A stretch of 64,000 bases of DNA from positions 1,025,043 to 1,089,042 of the forward strand of contig CATNEN010000028.1 of assembly GCA_950097015.1 (NCBI GenBank). Direction: 5' to 3'. Below, piece by piece: positions 59,320-64,000 of the stretch (the first letter of the stretch is position 1; each line of letters starts with the position of its first letter). The notes below the pieces were generated by a model. The model made no database searches, was not told where the DNA came from, and saw nothing but the letters and a program-made list of their open reading frames with translations. The position numbers and the translations under genes were made by a program. This DNA comes from Macrostomum hystrix (lineage: Eukaryota > Animalia > Platyhelminthes).

Positions 59320-62300
59320 ACACTTGGTTAGCCAAGATTCAAACTCAGGTTTCGCCATGTTTTAAACCCTGGTGGGCTATGATTCAAACTCTCGTTTTGC
59401 CATGATTCAGACTCTGGTTGGCTATGATTCAAACTCTGGTTTAGCCAAGATTCAAACTCTGGTTTAGCCATGTTTTAAACCCTGGTGGGCTATGATTCAA
59501 ACTCTCGTTTTGCCATGATTCAGACTCTGGTTTAGCCATGATTCAGACTCTGGTTTTGCCATGATTCAAGCTCTGGTTTAGCCATGTTTCAAACTCTGGT
59601 TTAGCCATGATTCAAACTCTGGTTTAGCCATGATTCAGACTCTGGTTTAGCCATGATTCAGACTCTGGTTTAGCCATGATTCAGACTCTGGTTTAGCCAT
59701 GATTCAGACTCTGGTTTAGCCATGATTCAAACTCTGGTTTAGCCATGATTCAGACGCTGGTTTAGCCATGATTCAGACTCTGGTTTAGCCATGATTCAGA
59801 CTCTGGTTTAGCCATGATTCAGACGCTGGTTTAGCCATGATTCAAACTCTGGTTTAGCCATGATTCAGACGCTGGTTTAGCCATGATTCAGACGCTGGTT
59901 TAGCCATGATTGAAACTCTGGTTTAGCCATGAGTCAGACTCTGGTTTAGCCATGATTTAAACTCTGGTTTAGCCATGATTCAGACTCTGGTTTAGCCATG
60001 GTTCAAACTCTGGTTTAGCCATGATTCAGACTCTGGTTTAGCCATGGTTCAAACTCTGGTTTAGCCATGATTCAGACGCTGGTTTAGCCATGATTCAGAC
60101 TCTGGTTTAGCCATGATTCAAACTCTGGTTAAGCCATGATTCAGACTCTGGTTTCGCCATGTTTTAAACCCTGGTGGGCTATGATTCAAACTCTCGTTTT
60201 GCCATGATTCAGACTCTGGTTGGCTATGATTCAAACTCTGGTTTAGCCAAGATTCAAACCCTGGTTTAGCCATGTTTTAAACCCTGGTGGGCTATGATTC
60301 AAACTCTCGTTTTGCCATGATTCAGACTCTGGTTGGCTATGATTCAAACTCTGGTTTAGCCATGATTTAAACTCTGGTTTAGCCATGATTCAGACTCTGG
60401 TTTTGCCATGATTCAAGCTCTGGTTTAGCCATGTTTCAAACTCTGGTTTAGCCATGATTCAAACTCTGGTTTAGCCATGATTCAGACTCTGGTTTAGCCA
60501 TGATTCAGACGCTGGTTTAGCCATGATTCAGACGCTGGTTTAGCCATGATTGAAACTCTGGTTTAGCCATGATTCAGACTCTGGTTTAGCCATGATTTAA
60601 ACTCTGGTTAAGCCATGATTCAGACTCTGGTTTAGCCATGATTTAAACTCTGGTTTAGCCATGATTCAGACTCTGGTTTAGCCATGATTCAAACTCAGGT
60701 TTCGCCATGTTTTAAACCCTGGTGGGCTATGATTCAAACTCTCGTTTTGCCATGATTCAGACTCTGGTTGGCTATGATTCAAACTCTGGTTTAGCCAAGA
60801 TTCAAACTCTGGTTTAGCCATGTTTTAAACCCTGGTGGGCTATGATTCAAACTCTCGTTTTGCCATGATTCAGACTCTGGTTTAGCCATGATTCAGACTC
60901 TGGTTTTGCCATGAATCAAGCTCTGGTTTAGCCATGTTTCAAACTCTGGTTTAGCCATGATTCAAACTCTGGTTTAGCCATGATTCAGACTCTGGTTTAG
61001 CCATGATTCAGACTCTGGTTTAGCCATGATTCAAACTCTGGTTTAGCCATGATTCAGACGCTGGTTTAGCCATGATTCAGACTCTGGTTTAGCCATGATT
61101 CAGACTCTGGTTTAGCCATGATTCAGACGCTGGTTTAGCCATGATTCAAACTCTGGTTTAGCCATGATTCAGACGCTGGTTTAGCCATGATTCAGACGCT
61201 GGTTTAGCCATGATTTAAACTCTGGTTTAGCCATGATTCAGACTCTGGTTTAGCCATGGTTCAAACTCTGGTTTAGCCATGATTCAGACTCTGGTTTAGC
61301 CATGGTTCAAACTCTGGTTTAGCCATGATTCAGACGCTGGTTTAGCCATGATTCAGACTCTGGTTTAGCCATGATTCAAACTCTGGTTAAGCCATGATTC
61401 AGACTCTGGTTTCGCCATGTTTTAAACCCTGGTGGGCTATGATTCAAACTCTCGTTTTGCCATGATTCAGACTCTGGTTGGCTATGATTCAAACTCTGGT
61501 TTAGCCAAGATTCAAACCCTGGTTTAGCCATGTTTTAAACCCTGGTGGGCTATGATTCAAACTCTCGTTTTGCCATGATTCAGACTCTGGTTGGCTATGA
61601 TTCAAACTCTGGTTTAGCCATGATTTAAACTCTGGTTTAGCCATGATTCAGACTCTGGTTTTGCCATGATTCAAGCTCTGGTTTAGCCATGTTTCAAACT
61701 CTGGTTTAGCCATGATTCAAACTCTGGTTTAGCCATGATTCAGACTCTGGTTTAGCCATGATTCAGACGCTGGTTTAGCCATGATTCAGACGCTGGTTTA
61801 GCCATGATTGAAACTCTGGTTTAGCCATGATTCAGACTCTGGTTTAGCCATGATTTAAACTCTGGTTAAGCCATGATTCAGACTCTGGTTTAGCCATGAT
61901 TTAAACTCTGGTTTAGCCATGATTCAGACTCTGGTTTAGCCATGATTCAAACTCAGGTTTCGCCATGTTTTAAACCCTGGTGGGCTATGATTCAAACTCT
62001 CGTTTTGCCATGATTCAGACTCTGGTTGGCTATGATTCAAACTCTGGTTTAGCCAAGATTCAAACTCTGGTTTAGCCATGTTTTAAACCCTGGTGGGCTA
62101 TGATTCAAACTCTCGTTTTGCCATGATTCAGACTCTGGTTTAGCCATGATTCAGACTCTGGTTTTGCCATGAATCAAGCTCTGGTTTAGCCATGTTTCAA
62201 ACTCTGGTTTAGCCATGATTCAAACTCTGGTTTAGCCATGATTCAGACTCTGGTTTAGCCATGATTCAGACTCTGGTTTAGCCATGATTCAGACGCTGGT

Positions 62301-64000
62301 TTAGCCATGATTCAAACTCTGGTTTAGCCATGATTCAAACTCTGGTTTAGCCATGATTCAGACGCTGGTTTAGCCATGATTCAGACGCTGGTTTAGCCAT
62401 GATTGAAACTCTGGTTTAGCCATGATTCAGACTCTGGTTTAGCCATGATTTAAACTCTGGTTTAGCCATGATTCAGACTTTGGTTTAGCCATGGTTCAAA
62501 CTCTGGTTTAGCCATGATTCAGACGCTGGTTTAGCCATGATTCAGACTCTGGTTTAGCCATGATTCAAACTCTGGTTAAGCCATGATTCAGACTCTGGTT
62601 TAGCCATGATTTGAACTCTGGTTTAGCCATGATTCAGACTCTGGTTTAGCCATGATTCAAACTCTGGTTTAGCCATGATTCAGACGCTGGTTTAGCCATG
62701 ATTCAAACTCTGGTTTAGCCATGATTCAGACGCTGGTTTAGCCATGATTCAGACGCTGGTTTAGCCATGATTGAAACTCTGGTTTAGCCATGATTCAGAC
62801 GCTGGTTTAGCCATGATTCAGACGCTGGTTTAGCCATGATTGAAACTCTGGTTTAGCCATGATTCAGACTCTGGTTTAGCCATGATTTAAACTCTGGTTT
62901 AGCCATGATTCAGACTCTGGTTTAGCCATGCTTCAAACTCTGGTTTAGCCATGATTCAGACGCTGGTTTAGCCATGATTCAGACTCTGGTTTAGCCATGA
63001 TTCAAGCTCTGGATTAGCCATGTTTCAAACTCTGGTTTAGCCATGATTTAAACTCTGGTTAAGCCATGATTCAGACTCTGGTTTAGCCATGATTTAAACT
63101 CTGGTTTAGCCATGATTCAGACTCTGGTTTAGCCATGATTCAAACTCAGGTTTCGCCATGTTTTAAACCCTGGTGGGCTATGATTCAAACTCTCGTTTTG
63201 CCATGATTCAGACTCTGGTTGGCTATGATTCAAACTCTGGTTTAGCCAAGATTCAAACTCTGGTTTAGCCATGTTTTAAACCCTGGTGGGCTATGATTCA
63301 AACTCTCGTTTTGCCATGATTCAGACTCTGGTTTAGCCATGATTCAGACTCTGGTTTTGCCATGATTCAAGCTTTGGTTTAGCCATGTTTCAAACTCTGG
63401 TTTAGCCATGATTCAAACTCTGGTTTAGCCATGATTCAGACTCTGGTTTAGCCATGATTCAGACTCTGGTTTAGCCATGATTCAGACGCTGGTTTAGCCA
63501 TGATTCAGACTCTGGTTTAGCCATGATTCAAACTCTGGTTTAGCCATGATTCAGACGCTGGTTTAGCCATGATTCAGACGCTGGTTTAGCCATGATTGAA
63601 ACTCTGGTTTAGCCATGATTCAGACTCTGGTTTAGCCATGATTTAAACTCTGGTTTAGCCATGATTCAGACTCTGGTTTAGCCATGATTCAAACTCTGGT
63701 TTAGCCATGATTCAGACGCTGGTTTAGCCATGATTCAAACTCTGGTTTAGCCATGATTCAGACGCTGGTTTATCTATGATTCAGACGCTGGTTTAGCCAT
63801 GATTGAAACTCTGGTTTAGCCATGATTCAGACGCTGGTTTAGCCATGATTCAGACGCTGGTTTAGCCATGATTGAAACTCTGGTTTAGCCATGATTCAGA
63901 CTCTGGTTTAGCCATGATTTAAACTCTGGTTTAGCCATGATTCAGACTCAGGTTTAGCCATGCTTCAAACTCTGGTTTAGCCATGATTCAGACGCTGGTT
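59320..64000 (+). repeat. 23-bp satellite (TGGTTTAGCCATGATTCA(A/G)AC(T/G)C), array 2, over 200 copies, with higher-order structure; runs off the window
   Basis: Direct reading; variant blocks recur at a 1258-bp offset. Confidence 0.98.

Noticed and set aside
55237-59405. DHCQLG, MIPQLT and WGIIVN repeat ORFs
   Set aside because: Translations of the 18-bp arrays.

Overview
Eukaryotic (metazoan) genomic DNA with GC-rich exons, AT-rich introns and an exceptional load of minisatellites. The style suggests a flatworm such as Macrostomum, but that is inference only. Six spliced genes were reconstructed by hand from splice sites and recalled homology: a Na+/Ca2+ exchanger (NCX/SLC8A, minus strand, running off the window start), V-ATPase c'' subunit (ATP6V0B, +), BBS1 (+), an FBXL4-like F-box/LRR gene (-), a divergent TRPC-like channel (+), and a secreted PAN/apple-domain exon followed by an F-type lectin exon (-). 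The rest is about 20 tandem-repeat arrays, at least two tRNA-derived SINE families and a Helitron-like 3' end. The most notable points are: an acceptor-like AG just upstream of every start codon (possible SL trans-splicing and an ATP6V0B-BBS1 operon); two GC-AG introns and one apparent TG acceptor; candidate alternative exons in the NCX CBD2 region; an FBXL4 lacking its usual N-terminal domain; a SINE with an 18-bp target-site duplication; and minisatellite families that share a core motif. There is no CRISPR array, rRNA or bona fide tRNA gene, and most long ORFs in the supplied track are repeat artefacts. No database searches were run.
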